Assembly: GCA_944388795.1 (NCBI GenBank)
Contig: CALXKD010000006.1
Location: 1-56,897 of the forward strand
From: an uncultured Clostridia bacterium
GTDB lineage: Bacteria > Bacillota > Clostridia > TANB77 > CAG-508
DNA length: 56,897 bases
Direction of reading: 5' to 3'
Position 1 is the first letter of the stretch. Each line of letters starts with the position of its first letter. The translations under genes and the position numbers were made by a program. The notes under the pieces are model-generated. The model was not told where the DNA came from and did no database searches. It saw nothing but the letters and a program-made list of their open reading frames with translations. Of the stretch, positions 10,801 through 20,540 are shown piece after piece.

Positions 10801-12044
10801 ATTTGTTTAATCATTTCCATTAAACGTTCATGTAAAAGAGATATATCCTCCATTGTAAATAAATCTTTTTTAAAGTCGTAATATATATTAATCATTCCTG
10901 TATCATCTATATCATATAGATGAATATCCAAATTATTGACAACACAATGATTAAATAACCATCTGCAAGAATAAGGAATACTAGAATCTGTTCTATGATT
11001 TCTTGCATTTTGATAAGATAGACAAACATCATAAAGATTTTTAGATATATTAAATTTTTTTCTAATGGTATCTAGTAAAAGTCTATATGGATATCTTTGA
11101 TTTCTAAAAACAGAAAGTTCGTGTTTAGAAACTTGATTAATAAAGTCTATACAAGTCAAATCTTTATCAATTTCCATACGAAAAGGTATGGTACTAATAT
11201 ACATACCAGTTGTTGTTTTTTCTTTAAAATTAGATCTATTTAATATAGGGGTTCCTACAATAGAGGAACTCGTATTATTGATTTTTGACAAATATATATT
11301 AAGGACAGCCATAAAAAGTGAAAATAAAGAAGTTTTATGGTTGTTACAAAAATTTACTAATGTATCTGTTTCAGCTTTTGAAAGTGTAACACTTTTTCGA
11401 ATAGCTTCATAAGAACTAGATTGGAAGTCCTTTAAATATGAGAATTCCAGATTATCAAATTGATGCTCCCAAAATTCTTTGGCACGTTCAAACTTTGGAC
11501 TTTCTATATATTTTTGTTCATCATGTATAAAATTAATATAAGAGTTATTCTTAATATTTTCTATAAGTGAATTTTGTATTAAAGAAGCATAATAAGACAT
11601 GATTTGGTCAATTAATAAGCTCATGGTCCAAGCATCAGAAATAATATGATGTAAATTGGCCATAAAACCACCGGTACCATCTGAATTTATAAAAATTACA
11701 AAACGATATAAGTCATTGTTAAAAAGTGTAAAAGGTTTTGAAATAACATCTTCTTCCAGTTTTGATAAAGGATATTGTTTGGTGATTGATATTTTTTCAA
11801 TATCAACAAAAGAATAGTTCTTAATAAATTGTTTTATTTCAGAGCCATCTTCAAATAGGTTAATCCTTACGGAATCATTATGTTGTATAAATAAATTGAT
11901 TGCTTTTTCCAAAGCATCAACATTGATTTTTTCAGTAATAGATAATGTTCCACATATATTTGATACAGAAGTATTTTTATTAAATTGCTCTGTTAATAAA
12001 ATTGATTTTTGTGGATTTGTTAATTCATAACTTAAAATACTCAT
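7809..12044 (-). CDS. Single-module NRPS, C-A-T-R (terminal thioester reductase)
   Basis: C: HHIISDAW. A: YTSGSTGKPKG, FDLTV, NEYGPTE, YKTGDL, QVKLNGYRIELGEI, LPSYMIP, NGKIDK. T: NFFDYYVDSL. R: GATGFLG, YISTMSV, YVRSK. Confidence 0.93.
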   Translation of the reverse strand: MSILSYELTNPQKSILLTEQFNKNTSVSNICGTLSITEKINVDALEKAINLFIQHNDSVRINLFEDGSEIKQFIKNYSFVDIEKISITKQYPLSKLEEDVISKPFTLFNNDLYRFVIFINSDGTGGFMANLHHIISDAWTMSLLIDQIMSYYASLIQNSLIENIKNNSYINFIHDEQKYIESPKFERAKEFWEHQFDNLEFSYLKDFQSSSYEAIRKSVTLSKAETDTLVNFCNNHKTSLFSLFMAVLNIYLSKINNTSSSIVGTPILNRSNFKEKTTTGMYISTIPFRMEIDKDLTCIDFINQVSKHELSVFRNQRYPYRLLLDTIRKKFNISKNLYDVCLSYQNARNHRTDSSIPYSCRWLFNHCVVNNLDIHLYDIDDTGMINIYYDFKKDLFTMEDISLLHERLMEMIKQIISNPTLKIKELEIVSSKEKSYILETYNKKTASTNSFVSVYDLFKKQVKNTPNKLAISYKNTALTYKSLNNLANLIALTLKKHSIQAGDIVCLAFSDSIEFVASILATQKLGVCYIPIDINYPDERIEYIVNNSKAKCVLTHPKALSSIHLDKNMVLRIDLNTYPSLNDSIENFDYDLKEEDLAYIIYTSGSTGKPKGVKICHKSLSNYIRWAIKQYVHGEETNFPLFSSVAFDLTVTSIYTPLCSGNTIYIYQNDNAELLLKDIITDNKVQIIKLTPGHFTLLQDLDLSNSIVCKFILGGDILTKEMCEKITSLFSHPIHIYNEYGPTEATVGCMIYEYNANDTYTSVPIGYPIDHTQILILNNDLELVPLGSIGEMYISGDGLALGYTDNKKTTERFLDNPFYPESKLYKTGDLAILHPNGVMEYLGRSDFQVKLNGYRIELGEIQSILLTHPSIKDVYASLIEINKHKLLCAYYVADEEIENLSDFLKKDLPSYMIPNYFIRLDKLPLTINGKIDKSALPLPKRSRTKYVKPQNTLEETLQELFTNLLELKSPISVEDNFFDYYVDSLFLIKVQSLLYNKGISTNTQNFYEYPTIRKLADFLLVDQPNETSAFLEKMPIIKEIKKTIDISFHIKSIVLFGATGFLGMHILYYLLTTTHSKVFCIIRKKDSINPLSRLIKKFKFYFPKLDIEPYLYRIKVIEGNILDDQFGLDTELYNHLGNKCNCVIDTAALVKHYGNYELFNKTNVTSTQKIIAFCKEFHIPLHYISTMSVSGHGLVKTPSANFTEDDLYIGQSFRENVYVRSKFEAEKAIIEACKNEDIIASIYRLGTITNRYDDGGFQENFADNAFLNRLDAFINLGIFPKELFQFNFEFSPVDICANFIVQLMQQQQHNLEIYHLYNNHYVSGDQLLTMLTDCGVSIKAASINEFKHALSNAKSNYFGITAYIRNINSKNVITFHNEKTLAVLNTLNLDWPNITTEYIHKIIAYLKEKHS

Positions 12045-12231
12045 AAAACATCACCTTAAAAAATTTTTGCTATGATGATTATACATATAAAAAATCAAAA
12101 AATCAAATTATTATACTAAATAACTCATAAATCTTCATTTTATTTGTTTTTTTATATGTATATTTAATGAAAGTTTGAGTTGAAAAATAAAAAAAATAGA
12201 GATAGAATGAAGAAAAGATGGGAGGGATTGT

Positions 12232-13959
12232 ATGGGTGATAATGAAAATAGAAAGGTTTATGAACCAAGAATTGTAAAGAATTATAGGGAAATGATAGAA
12301 TATTCTGTTAAAAATTATGCAGATAAAATTGCCTATAAATATAAGAAAAATGGAGATTTAAAACATGTAGAATATGTAGAAAAGACATATGAACAAGTTG
12401 GAAGAGATATAAAAGCTTTTGCAACAGAATTATTAAATAAAGGTTTAGAACATAGAAAGATTGTGCTTATTGGAAATAACCGATATGAATGGTGTATTAG
12501 TTATTTAGCAGTAACAAGTGCAAATATGATTATTGTTCCATTAGATAAAGCGCTCCCAGATAATGAAATCGAGAATTTGGTAACTAGAAGTGAAGCAGAT
12601 GTTGCTATATTTGATAAAAAATATATAGATGTTATGAAAAAGCTAAAAAAAGATACAAATGTGAATTTAAAAATGTTAATTTGTATGGACAATATAAAAG
12701 ATAATGAGGTCGAAAAATTTTCACAGTTATTACAAAAAGGTGAAGAATTATTAAAAAACGGAGATAATCGCTATGAAAAAGTAGAGGTCAACCCTGATAA
12801 AATGTCTATTATGTTATTTACATCAGGAACAACAAATTTACCAAAGGCTGTTATGCTATCTCAAAAAAATATATGTGCCAATTTATCAGACTTTGCATCT
12901 TGGGTAAAATTGTATCCAACAGATACTTTACTGTCTTTTCTACCAATTCATCATACTTTTGAATGCACAGTTACTTTTCTTTATGGCTTTTATAGTGGCT
13001 GTACAGTTGCCTTTTGTGATGGATTAAAATATATTCAAAAAAATCTTGCGGAATACAAGGTTTCTGTATTTGTGGCTGTTCCATTAGTACTAGAAACTAT
13101 GTATAAAAAGATTCAAAAAGCCATTCAAGACCAAGGAAAAGAAAAATTAATTCATATGATGATAAAATTATCCAATGGACTTTTAAAATGTAAAATAGAT
13201 TTAAGAAAAGTAATCTTTAAACAAATATTGGACAATTTAGGTGGAAATATTCGTTTAGTTTTATATGGATCAGCACCTATGAGCAAGGAAACAATTGTAG
13301 GATTTAACAATTTTGGAATTGCCTTGGTACAAGGATATGGTTTAACAGAAACATCACCAGTTATTGCAGCAGAGTCTGATAAAGAAAAAAGACCAGGTTC
13401 TGTGGGACTAGCACTTCCAAGCTTGAATGTAAAGATAGATAATCCAGATGAAAATGGTGAAGGAGAAATTTTAGTGAAGGGTCCAAGTGTTATGATGGGA
13501 TATTATCATAATGAGGAGGAAAATAAAAAAGCTTTTATCGATGGTTGGTTTAGAACAGGAGATTATGGATATATGACAGAGGATGGTTTTATCTATGTTA
13601 CAGGAAGAAAGAAAGATATTATTGTTTTAAGAAATGGAAAGAATGTATATCCACAAGAAATAGAATTTTTAATTAATAAACTTCCATATGTTACAGAGTC
13701 TTTAGTATATCAGAGGGAAAAAGACAAAACAGATACCATGTTATGTGCAAAGATTGTATATGATAAAGATATCATAAAAGAAAGTTTTGGAGAAAAAACA
13801 GAAAAAGAATATAAAGATAATATTTGGGAAGAAATAAAAGAGATTAACAAACAATTACCTGTATTTAAACACATAAAAAAGATAACAATTACAACAGAAC
13901 CATTAATAAAAACCACTACACAAAAAGTAAAGCGATATGAAGAATTGAAAAAAGTTTAG
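12232..13959 (+). CDS. Long-chain fatty acid-CoA ligase (AMP-binding, FadD-like)
   Basis: FTSGTTNLPKAV, QGYGLTETSP, FRTGDYG, GRKKDIIVLRNGKNVYPQEIE, TTTQKVKR. Confidence 0.88.
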   Translation: MGDNENRKVYEPRIVKNYREMIEYSVKNYADKIAYKYKKNGDLKHVEYVEKTYEQVGRDIKAFATELLNKGLEHRKIVLIGNNRYEWCISYLAVTSANMIIVPLDKALPDNEIENLVTRSEADVAIFDKKYIDVMKKLKKDTNVNLKMLICMDNIKDNEVEKFSQLLQKGEELLKNGDNRYEKVEVNPDKMSIMLFTSGTTNLPKAVMLSQKNICANLSDFASWVKLYPTDTLLSFLPIHHTFECTVTFLYGFYSGCTVAFCDGLKYIQKNLAEYKVSVFVAVPLVLETMYKKIQKAIQDQGKEKLIHMMIKLSNGLLKCKIDLRKVIFKQILDNLGGNIRLVLYGSAPMSKETIVGFNNFGIALVQGYGLTETSPVIAAESDKEKRPGSVGLALPSLNVKIDNPDENGEGEILVKGPSVMMGYYHNEEENKKAFIDGWFRTGDYGYMTEDGFIYVTGRKKDIIVLRNGKNVYPQEIEFLINKLPYVTESLVYQREKDKTDTMLCAKIVYDKDIIKESFGEKTEKEYKDNIWEEIKEINKQLPVFKHIKKITITTEPLIKTTTQKVKRYEELKKV

Positions 13960-14097
13960 TTATCAAAGGTATGGAAATATTGATAACAAGTAATATATTT
14001 TTAATTTAAAGGAAAACTTAATAAAGTTTATTAGGTTTTCTTTTTTCTTATGACTAAAATTTGTAATATCGTAAATACTACTTTTGAGGTGATTTTA

Positions 14098-15234
14098 TTG
14101 CGAAGAACCAAAAAAAGAAAAAGTAGTGGAAAAAAAATTATGATGATTACAATTATCTTATTAATTGTATGGTTATTGGGTTTCTATTTATATGTTACAT
14201 ATAATAATATCGAAATATATGATTCAAATTATACAGCACAAAAGACACAATCCACAATAGAGGAACAAACTGTGGAAAAGGTAGAGGAAAAAAGCAAAAC
14301 AGTGGCAGATGTGATAGAGGAAACTATAGAAGGAGTTGTTGGAATTTCAAAATTAAAAAATACAGGAACTTCTATATTTTCAGAAAATACAGAAAGTCAA
14401 TTAGGATTAGGAACAGGTGTTATTGTAACTGACAATGGATACATTTTGAGTAATGAACATGTAACAGGAAGTAAATATAGTAAATGTTATGTAACACTAG
14501 AAAATGGAAATAATTATGACGGAACTGTTGTATGGAGTGATTCTAACATAGATTTATCGATTGTAAAAATAGAAGCCAGTAATTTAAAATATATTACATT
14601 AGGAGATTCGGATAATATAAAAATAGGGGAAACCGTTTATGCAATTGGAAATCCTATTGGATTTGAATTTAGAAGAACCGTTACTTCGGGAATTATTAGT
14701 GCAAAAAATAGAACTATAAAACTAGAAGAGGAAGAAAATACAGCATATATGACAGATTTAATACAAACAGATGCGACAATTAATCCAGGAAATAGTGGAG
14801 GACCACTAATTTATCCGAATGGAGAAGTCATTGGTATTAATACAGTTAAGATTTCATCAGCAGAAGGGATAGGGTTTGCAATACCAATTAATATTGTAAA
14901 ACCGATTATAGAAAGTTATAAAAATACAGGAGATTTTCAAGAAGCAAAAATTGGGATATATGCTTATGATACAGAAGTGATTCCATATTTAGAAACTGGA
15001 GTAAAAACTAGTTTCCAAGAGGGAATTTATGTGACGGAAGTAACAAAAAATGGTCCAGCAGAAGCAGCAGGAATAAAAGAAGGAGATATTATTACACAGA
15101 TAGATGATACAAAGTTAAATACAATGAATGATTTAAGAGAATATGTATATACAAAAAAGCCAAATGAAGAGGTTACGTTAAAGATTAATAGAGGGAAAAT
15201 TAAAAAAGATGTTATCATAAAATTAGGAAAGTAA
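14098..15234 (+). CDS. htrA: HtrA/DegP-like serine protease with PDZ domain and N-terminal anchor
   Basis: SNEHV, DLSIVKI, TDATINPGNSGGPL, PDZ GPAEAAGIKEGDII. TTG start after gaggtg assumed. Confidence 0.88.
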   Translation: MRRTKKRKSSGKKIMMITIILLIVWLLGFYLYVTYNNIEIYDSNYTAQKTQSTIEEQTVEKVEEKSKTVADVIEETIEGVVGISKLKNTGTSIFSENTESQLGLGTGVIVTDNGYILSNEHVTGSKYSKCYVTLENGNNYDGTVVWSDSNIDLSIVKIEASNLKYITLGDSDNIKIGETVYAIGNPIGFEFRRTVTSGIISAKNRTIKLEEEENTAYMTDLIQTDATINPGNSGGPLIYPNGEVIGINTVKISSAEGIGFAIPINIVKPIIESYKNTGDFQEAKIGIYAYDTEVIPYLETGVKTSFQEGIYVTEVTKNGPAEAAGIKEGDIITQIDDTKLNTMNDLREYVYTKKPNEEVTLKINRGKIKKDVIIKLGK

Positions 15235-15240
15235 AGATTA

Positions 15241-15265
15241 TCCAGTTGGAAAAATCCCAACTGGA
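15241..15265. terminator. Hairpin terminator between convergent genes
   Basis: tccagttgg-aaaaatc-ccaactgga. Confidence 0.6.
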
Positions 15266-15271
15266 CAATGT

Positions 15272-16324
15272 CTATTCTGTTAGAAATGGTTCCATAAAAT
15301 CATATTTTCTAGAATAATCCATAGTATTTTCATTTGAAAGATATACTTCTGAAGTATTACTCTTTAAAAATTCAATAATTTCATACACATCTATCCAAAT
15401 TTCATTTGGACTATCAACTTGTGATTCATCAAAAATAAGTTGCATACCAAAATGTAAATGGGCAACATTAATATTATTCACGTTTTCTTTTATACTATAT
15501 CCTGTCATACCTAAATATCCAATAACATCACCAGCTTTTACAGTATCGCCTTTTTCTAATCCCTCTATATATGGATGGTCTTTTCGTAGATGGGCATAAT
15601 AATAATATCGTTTTCCATCAAAGCTTCTAATGCCAATACGCCAACCTCCGTATTGATTCCATCCGAGTTGTTCAACAATACCAGATTCAACAGCTATAAT
15701 GGGAGTACCAATACTTCCCATTAAATCATTTCCTAAATGGGTTCTTTTAAATCCATAAGACCTAGAATTGCCAAAATCCTTGTAATGTGTAAAATAATAA
15801 TTTTTAGCAATTGGTAAAAATGCTTTTAAACCATATTGGTTTTGAAATACTTTAGAATTATTAGAATCTAATACCTCGATAGAATAATTGCCGATAAATC
15901 CACTGAGAACGGCGGAATAAGCTTCTAAATAATAGTCGTAAAATGTTAAATTAGATGTTAGTTCTTCTATTGTTTTTCCACTTTTTAAATTTTCTATGAT
16001 TTTATCTAAATCACTTGATTTAAAGTTATTAAAATTTCCGCCATATATACATGCTAAATAAGCCAATAATTCTATCCAATTATATTGAATTTCTTCATTA
16101 TTATTATGAGAATCAATATCTAATGTAGCTGTTAATTTTAAAACAGTACTTGGAATGGTGAAATCTACCCACTTGATAAAATCGTTTTCTTTTTCAGAGG
16201 TTGCTGTTGCAGAAGTGAATACTTTCTCAGAATAATATAATACCAAAAAAGAGCTTAAAAAAATAATTAATGTGAGAAGTGAAATAAATATAATAGAATT
16301 TAGCTTTATAGATTTTATAACCAA
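15272..16324 (-). CDS. M23 family metallopeptidase with N-terminal anchor
   Basis: HLGNDL, YYYAHL, HLHFG motifs. Confidence 0.88.
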   Translation of the reverse strand: MVIKSIKLNSIIFISLLTLIIFLSSFLVLYYSEKVFTSATATSEKENDFIKWVDFTIPSTVLKLTATLDIDSHNNNEEIQYNWIELLAYLACIYGGNFNNFKSSDLDKIIENLKSGKTIEELTSNLTFYDYYLEAYSAVLSGFIGNYSIEVLDSNNSKVFQNQYGLKAFLPIAKNYYFTHYKDFGNSRSYGFKRTHLGNDLMGSIGTPIIAVESGIVEQLGWNQYGGWRIGIRSFDGKRYYYYAHLRKDHPYIEGLEKGDTVKAGDVIGYLGMTGYSIKENVNNINVAHLHFGMQLIFDESQVDSPNEIWIDVYEIIEFLKSNTSEVYLSNENTMDYSRKYDFMEPFLTE

Positions 16325-16432
16325 TTATAACACCCCATAAAAATATATGAAGTAAAAGGAAAATCATGCATATAATTTGTATAAATCTATTTACGAAAAG
16401 ATAAAGTTATATTAAAATACATAAGATAGGAA

Positions 16433-16903
16433 GTGATGATTATGAATAAATATATGGAATTAGCAAAACAAAATGCAGAAGAGGGGATAGAAAGGAATGA
16501 AGGAGGTCCTTTTGGAGCTGTTATTGTAGATAAGGCAGGAAATATTATTTCAAATGGAAACAATAAAGTGATTGTAAATCATGATCCAACAGCACATGCA
16601 GAGATAACAGCAATTAGAGAGGCTTGTAAAAAATTAAATACGTATGATTTATCAGATTATATATTGTATACATCTTGTGAACCATGTCCTATGTGCTTAT
16701 CAGCTATTATTTGGGCAAATATAAAAGAGGTATATTATGGATGTACGAAAGAGGATGCGGGAGAAATTGGCTTCAGGGATGATATGATATATGATTATTT
16801 AAAGGGAAAACATACCAATTTAATTAAGATGAATAAAATAGATAGAGAAGAATGTATAGAAGTATTTAAAAATTATGAAAAAAATAATGGTATTATATAT
16901 TAA
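16433..16903 (+). CDS. guaD: Guanine/nucleoside deaminase (GuaD-like)
   Basis: GGPFGAVIV, DPTAHAE, EPCPMCLSAIIWA, IGFRD. Confidence 0.8.
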   Translation: MMIMNKYMELAKQNAEEGIERNEGGPFGAVIVDKAGNIISNGNNKVIVNHDPTAHAEITAIREACKKLNTYDLSDYILYTSCEPCPMCLSAIIWANIKEVYYGCTKEDAGEIGFRDDMIYDYLKGKHTNLIKMNKIDREECIEVFKNYEKNNGIIY

Positions 16904-16927
16904 AATAGATGGTATGATTAAAATATT

Positions 16928-16957
16928 AAAAACCGCTAAAATATAAATAGCGGTTTT

Positions 16958-16958
<1 letters not shown>
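16928..16958. terminator. Bidirectional terminator (guaD / tRNA-Arg)
   Basis: aaaaaccgcta-N9-tagcggttttt. Confidence 0.75.
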
Positions 16959-17034
<76 letters not shown>

Positions 17035-17223
17035 ATAACTAATATTATAATGGTTTTTCATCAATTTTACAAGACTTTTTTATGTATTTTACAATTATTA
17101 TTGAAAAAAATAGTATTTTGGAATCATTTCAATGAAAATATATGAAAAACATTATTAAAAAATATAAAAAAAGTCTTGCAAACCATAAAAAAATGTGCTA
17201 TTATATATAAGCATGAAATAAAT

Positions 17224-17299
17224 CGAGGTGTAGCGCAGTTGGTAGCGCGCGTGGTTTGGGACCATGAGGTCGCAGGTTCGATCCCTGTCACCTCGACCA
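17224..17299 (+). tRNA. tRNA-Pro(TGG)
   Basis: CGAGGTGTAGCGCAG...CGTGG-TT-TGG-GA-CCATG...GTTCGATCC...CCTCGACCA. Confidence 0.96.
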
Positions 17300-17398
17300 A
17301 TTAAATAATATACTGATTGAGTATTAATCAAAAAGATTTGGTTAATACTCTTTTTTAAAATATTAATATGAATATAAAATAGAAGAGAGGAAAATTTT

Positions 17399-18079
17399 AT
17401 GAAAATTTTGGACTTTATTTTAAATAATAAAGATTATTTAGAAGATTTAATTACAAGAAGTACATACCATTCAAATGCTATTGAAGGAAGTACCCTTACT
17501 TATGCTGAAACTTACGCTATTCTTTATAACGACAATAGCTTTAAAATCGAAGGAAAAGAGCCAAGGGAAATATACGAAGCAATAAATCATAAAAAAGCAT
17601 TAGAATTAGTTTTTAGGAATTTACAAAACAATGAAGAATTTGATGAAAGACTTATTAAAAAATTAAATGAAACGATAAATAGAGATATTAAAGATACAGA
17701 AGGTTATAGAACTGTACAAGTATTTATTCAAGGTAGTGAACATATTCCACCAGAGCCTGAAAAGGTACCAAATTTAATGATGTATTATATATATAATTAT
17801 AATCACGATGAAGAAGATATATTTACTAAAATTGCTAAATATCATATTGATTTTGAGAAAATACATCCTTTTGAAGATGGAAATGGAAGAACAGGTAGAT
17901 TGCTTATAAATTATGAATTGCTAAAGAATGATTTACCACCTGTTGTTATAGCTAAAGAAGATAGGATAAAGTATTTTGAATTTTTAAGAAATAATGATAG
18001 TAATGGATTAGCTGAATGGATAAAAGAATTATCTATTAGAGAAGAAGAAAGAATGGAGAAGTTTAAATATAAAGGATAG
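17399..18079 (+). CDS. Fic domain protein with N-terminal auto-inhibitory helix (class II)
   Basis: Catalytic HPFEDGNGRTGR; inhibitory SNAIEG. Confidence 0.9.
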   Translation: MKILDFILNNKDYLEDLITRSTYHSNAIEGSTLTYAETYAILYNDNSFKIEGKEPREIYEAINHKKALELVFRNLQNNEEFDERLIKKLNETINRDIKDTEGYRTVQVFIQGSEHIPPEPEKVPNLMMYYIYNYNHDEEDIFTKIAKYHIDFEKIHPFEDGNGRTGRLLINYELLKNDLPPVVIAKEDRIKYFEFLRNNDSNGLAEWIKELSIREEERMEKFKYKG

Positions 18080-18338
18080 ATTAATAAAATGGATAAAATA
18101 TATACTTATATTTATCATATTTATACTAGTGTATTTGATTGTGGATTATTTAAATGTTCCCACTTTATTGAATATTTATATTGATAATCTAAATACTGAT
18201 TTATTGAATATTGTTATTAATTCAATAATAGTAATAACCTTATATTTAGTCACATATTTAACACTAGATAGAAGATCAATACAAATATCGAAAAATAAAA
18301 TAGAAATGTATAAGCAAATTTTTCTCACCTCGACCAAT
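18080..18338 (+). pseudogene. Start-less membrane-protein gene fragment cut at the att-like repeat
   Basis: Hydrophobic frame KWIKYILIFIIFILVYLIVDYL... has no SD or ATG and runs into the repeat at 18325. Confidence 0.5.
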
Positions 18339-18349
18339 AAAAATATTGT

Positions 18350-18386
18350 AAAAATAGCTTGTATCAAATGATGCAAGCTATTTTTT
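18350..18386. terminator. Rho-independent terminator after the duplicated tRNA-Pro 3' end
   Basis: aaaaatagcttgtatc-aaat-gatgcaagctattttt. Confidence 0.75.
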
Positions 18387-18480
18387 ACTAGAATATTTAT
18401 ATACTTAATAAAAAAATTGTTTAGTAAATACATTCTAAATTATTGTAATATAATAGTTTTTTTATATCAATTATTTTTAA

Positions 18481-20195
18481 CTATTTATTTGTTATTTGCC
18501 CACTATTATTTCTATTCCTATTTATTTTATCTTGTATCTTAAGGTCACCAAAAAGAATATATAGTATAAAAAGTATAATACCAATAATAGAAAGGATTTT
18601 AGATATATCCATAATACGAGTACCAGTATATGTTACAGTTATATCAAATTCTGGTATTTTATTTAAAGAGACTGCTAATAATCCGTTTTCACTTTCAAAA
18701 CTATTTATTTCAACTCCATTTAATGTTATAGTGTAGCCTGGGTAATAGGTATATGGAAATTCAAAAATGGTATTATCTTCTAAAACTTCTATTTTACAAG
18801 ATAAAGACTGACCATCTTTTTTTAGTTCTTCAACTATTCCGATTACCGTCTAATACATAGACAGTATGCTCTCTATGTGTAATATAATCTCTATTTTCAT
18901 TAAATTTTACAGGTAGATATTCACTTTTTCCCATTCCAGCAATTACATCTGTTGCATTTTCTGAAACAATACCAATATTCCATTTATCAATTTCAACAAT
19001 GTCTGAATCTATTGGAAGAAATCCTTTTAAAAGGATAACACAAAGAATAGAAATGACAGAGAAAAATAAGACATCCTTTGTATTAAAGTTTTTTACAAGA
19101 ATTTCTATGTTTAATGCACAGACAATAGCAAAAAAGAAATTTGCAAATACAAGCATTCTCCAAGGAAATTGAAGAATTTCAAAAACATTTCCAAACAAAT
19201 TCCATGGAAAATATTTTGTAGACATGAATGTACAAAGTAATCCTAAACATAGAAATAAGATGTATTCTTTTTTATATTTTGACTTTATAGCTTTTTTTAT
19301 TGCAAAGACAGTTAAGCAGAGAATAACAATAATGTGTAATCCTATTTCAAATACATGTGTTGCATCTTTTTCTGTAAAAAATAAAGCTTTTAAATCTAGA
19401 GCACTTTCAGCAAGAGATTCTGCTGTTGCCATGGCATCTTTTTGGTATACTTGATATTCTGTAAATGTTTTCGTTTCTAACATAGGCATCCAAAAGAAGG
19501 CAGTTATAACAATGATAAAAAAAATATTTATAAATAATTTTTTCAATATATCCTTATCTTTTAGTTTTGACAGATTTGTACATAAATATATAAAAGCTAT
19601 TAGGGCAGTCATAAGTGTCATTAAATTATGAGTAAGTAATAAGCCTATGGCACCTACACATAAAATCCAATTTCCTTTTTCTTTTTGAAATAATTTATAT
19701 AGCCCTAAAAATACGAGTGGAATAAAAATGTAACTTAAAAATTCTCCAATAGCATTTCTAATATACATATCTGTTAAATGATATGGCATGGTAATGTATA
19801 AAATGGCAGAAAGTGTTCCTGTTACCTTGTTATGAGTTAACTTACTAACAAATGTATACATAGTTATGCCGAGAAAGTAAAAGTCCTATAAATAGTACCA
19901 ATTTATAGCCTCCGATAAAGGTGCTTGTAATACATTTACCCAATATAATCATAATAGAAGATAATGGACCATAAAATAAATCCCAACTATAACCAAATTC
20001 ACTTGCTAAATTAGAAAGAACAGTTGCATTTTCATGATTTTTAATAGATAAGTTAGTAGAATATGCTCTGGCAATATGTTGAATACCATCATCATAATAT
20101 ACATTTAAATCTTTCCATAGCAAGGGAATGCATAAAATTAACGAAATAATTAAAATTATCAAAATATATGTTATGTTTTTTAATTTACCCTCCAT
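18481..20195 (-). pseudogene. Multi-TM membrane protein (6-pyruvoyl-tetrahydropterin-synthase-related / YfhO-like GT-C type), ~570 aa, interrupted by two +1 frameshifts (pseudogene or recoded gene)
   Basis: DDGIQH, FGYSWDLFYGPL, PYHLTDMYIRNAIGE, QFPWR, FPYTYYPGY. Removing one base at 19871 and one at 18841 gives a single open frame ending at TAG 18481-18483. Confidence 0.8.
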
Positions 20196-20540
20196 TGTAA
20201 TTGTATTTCCTCCATTTGTTTCCATAAAAATGATAAAAGTCATTTATTTTTAAATAGAAATTTGATATAGTATAAAATAATAAATGCTTATGGATATAGA
20301 GTATCATAAAAAATTGAAAAAGAATAGAGGCATTGTAAAAATAGTTAAGCAAAGAAATATATCAATAAATTTTGATAAGAAGGGAATAAGGTGAAAGATA
20401 TGAAAAAACATGAGAAATGTATTCATACAAATTATACAAAAAAATGGGAAAAGAATTGATATAGTAAGCAACAAAATGTAAAAATAGTGGAAATAAGATA
20501 TAAAATGCAGAAATTTTATCTGCATTTTTTTATATTTCTA

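Larger units (their letters stand above)
17288..18338. mobile_element. tRNA-Pro-anchored mini-island remnant bounded by a 14-bp direct repeat
   Basis: tcacctcgaccaat occurs at 17288-17301 (tRNA 3' end) and again at 18325-18338. No integrase lies between. Confidence 0.7.

Noticed and set aside
7809-12044. Colibactin/amicoumacin-type prodrug cluster
   Set aside because: No E domain, PKS, downstream modules or ClbP-like peptidase next to the NRPS; the module ends in R.
20284-20531. 73-aa minus ORF and a short plus-strand frame before a hairpin at about 20504-20531
   Set aside because: No SD, internal stops and low complexity; at most an unidentifiable remnant.
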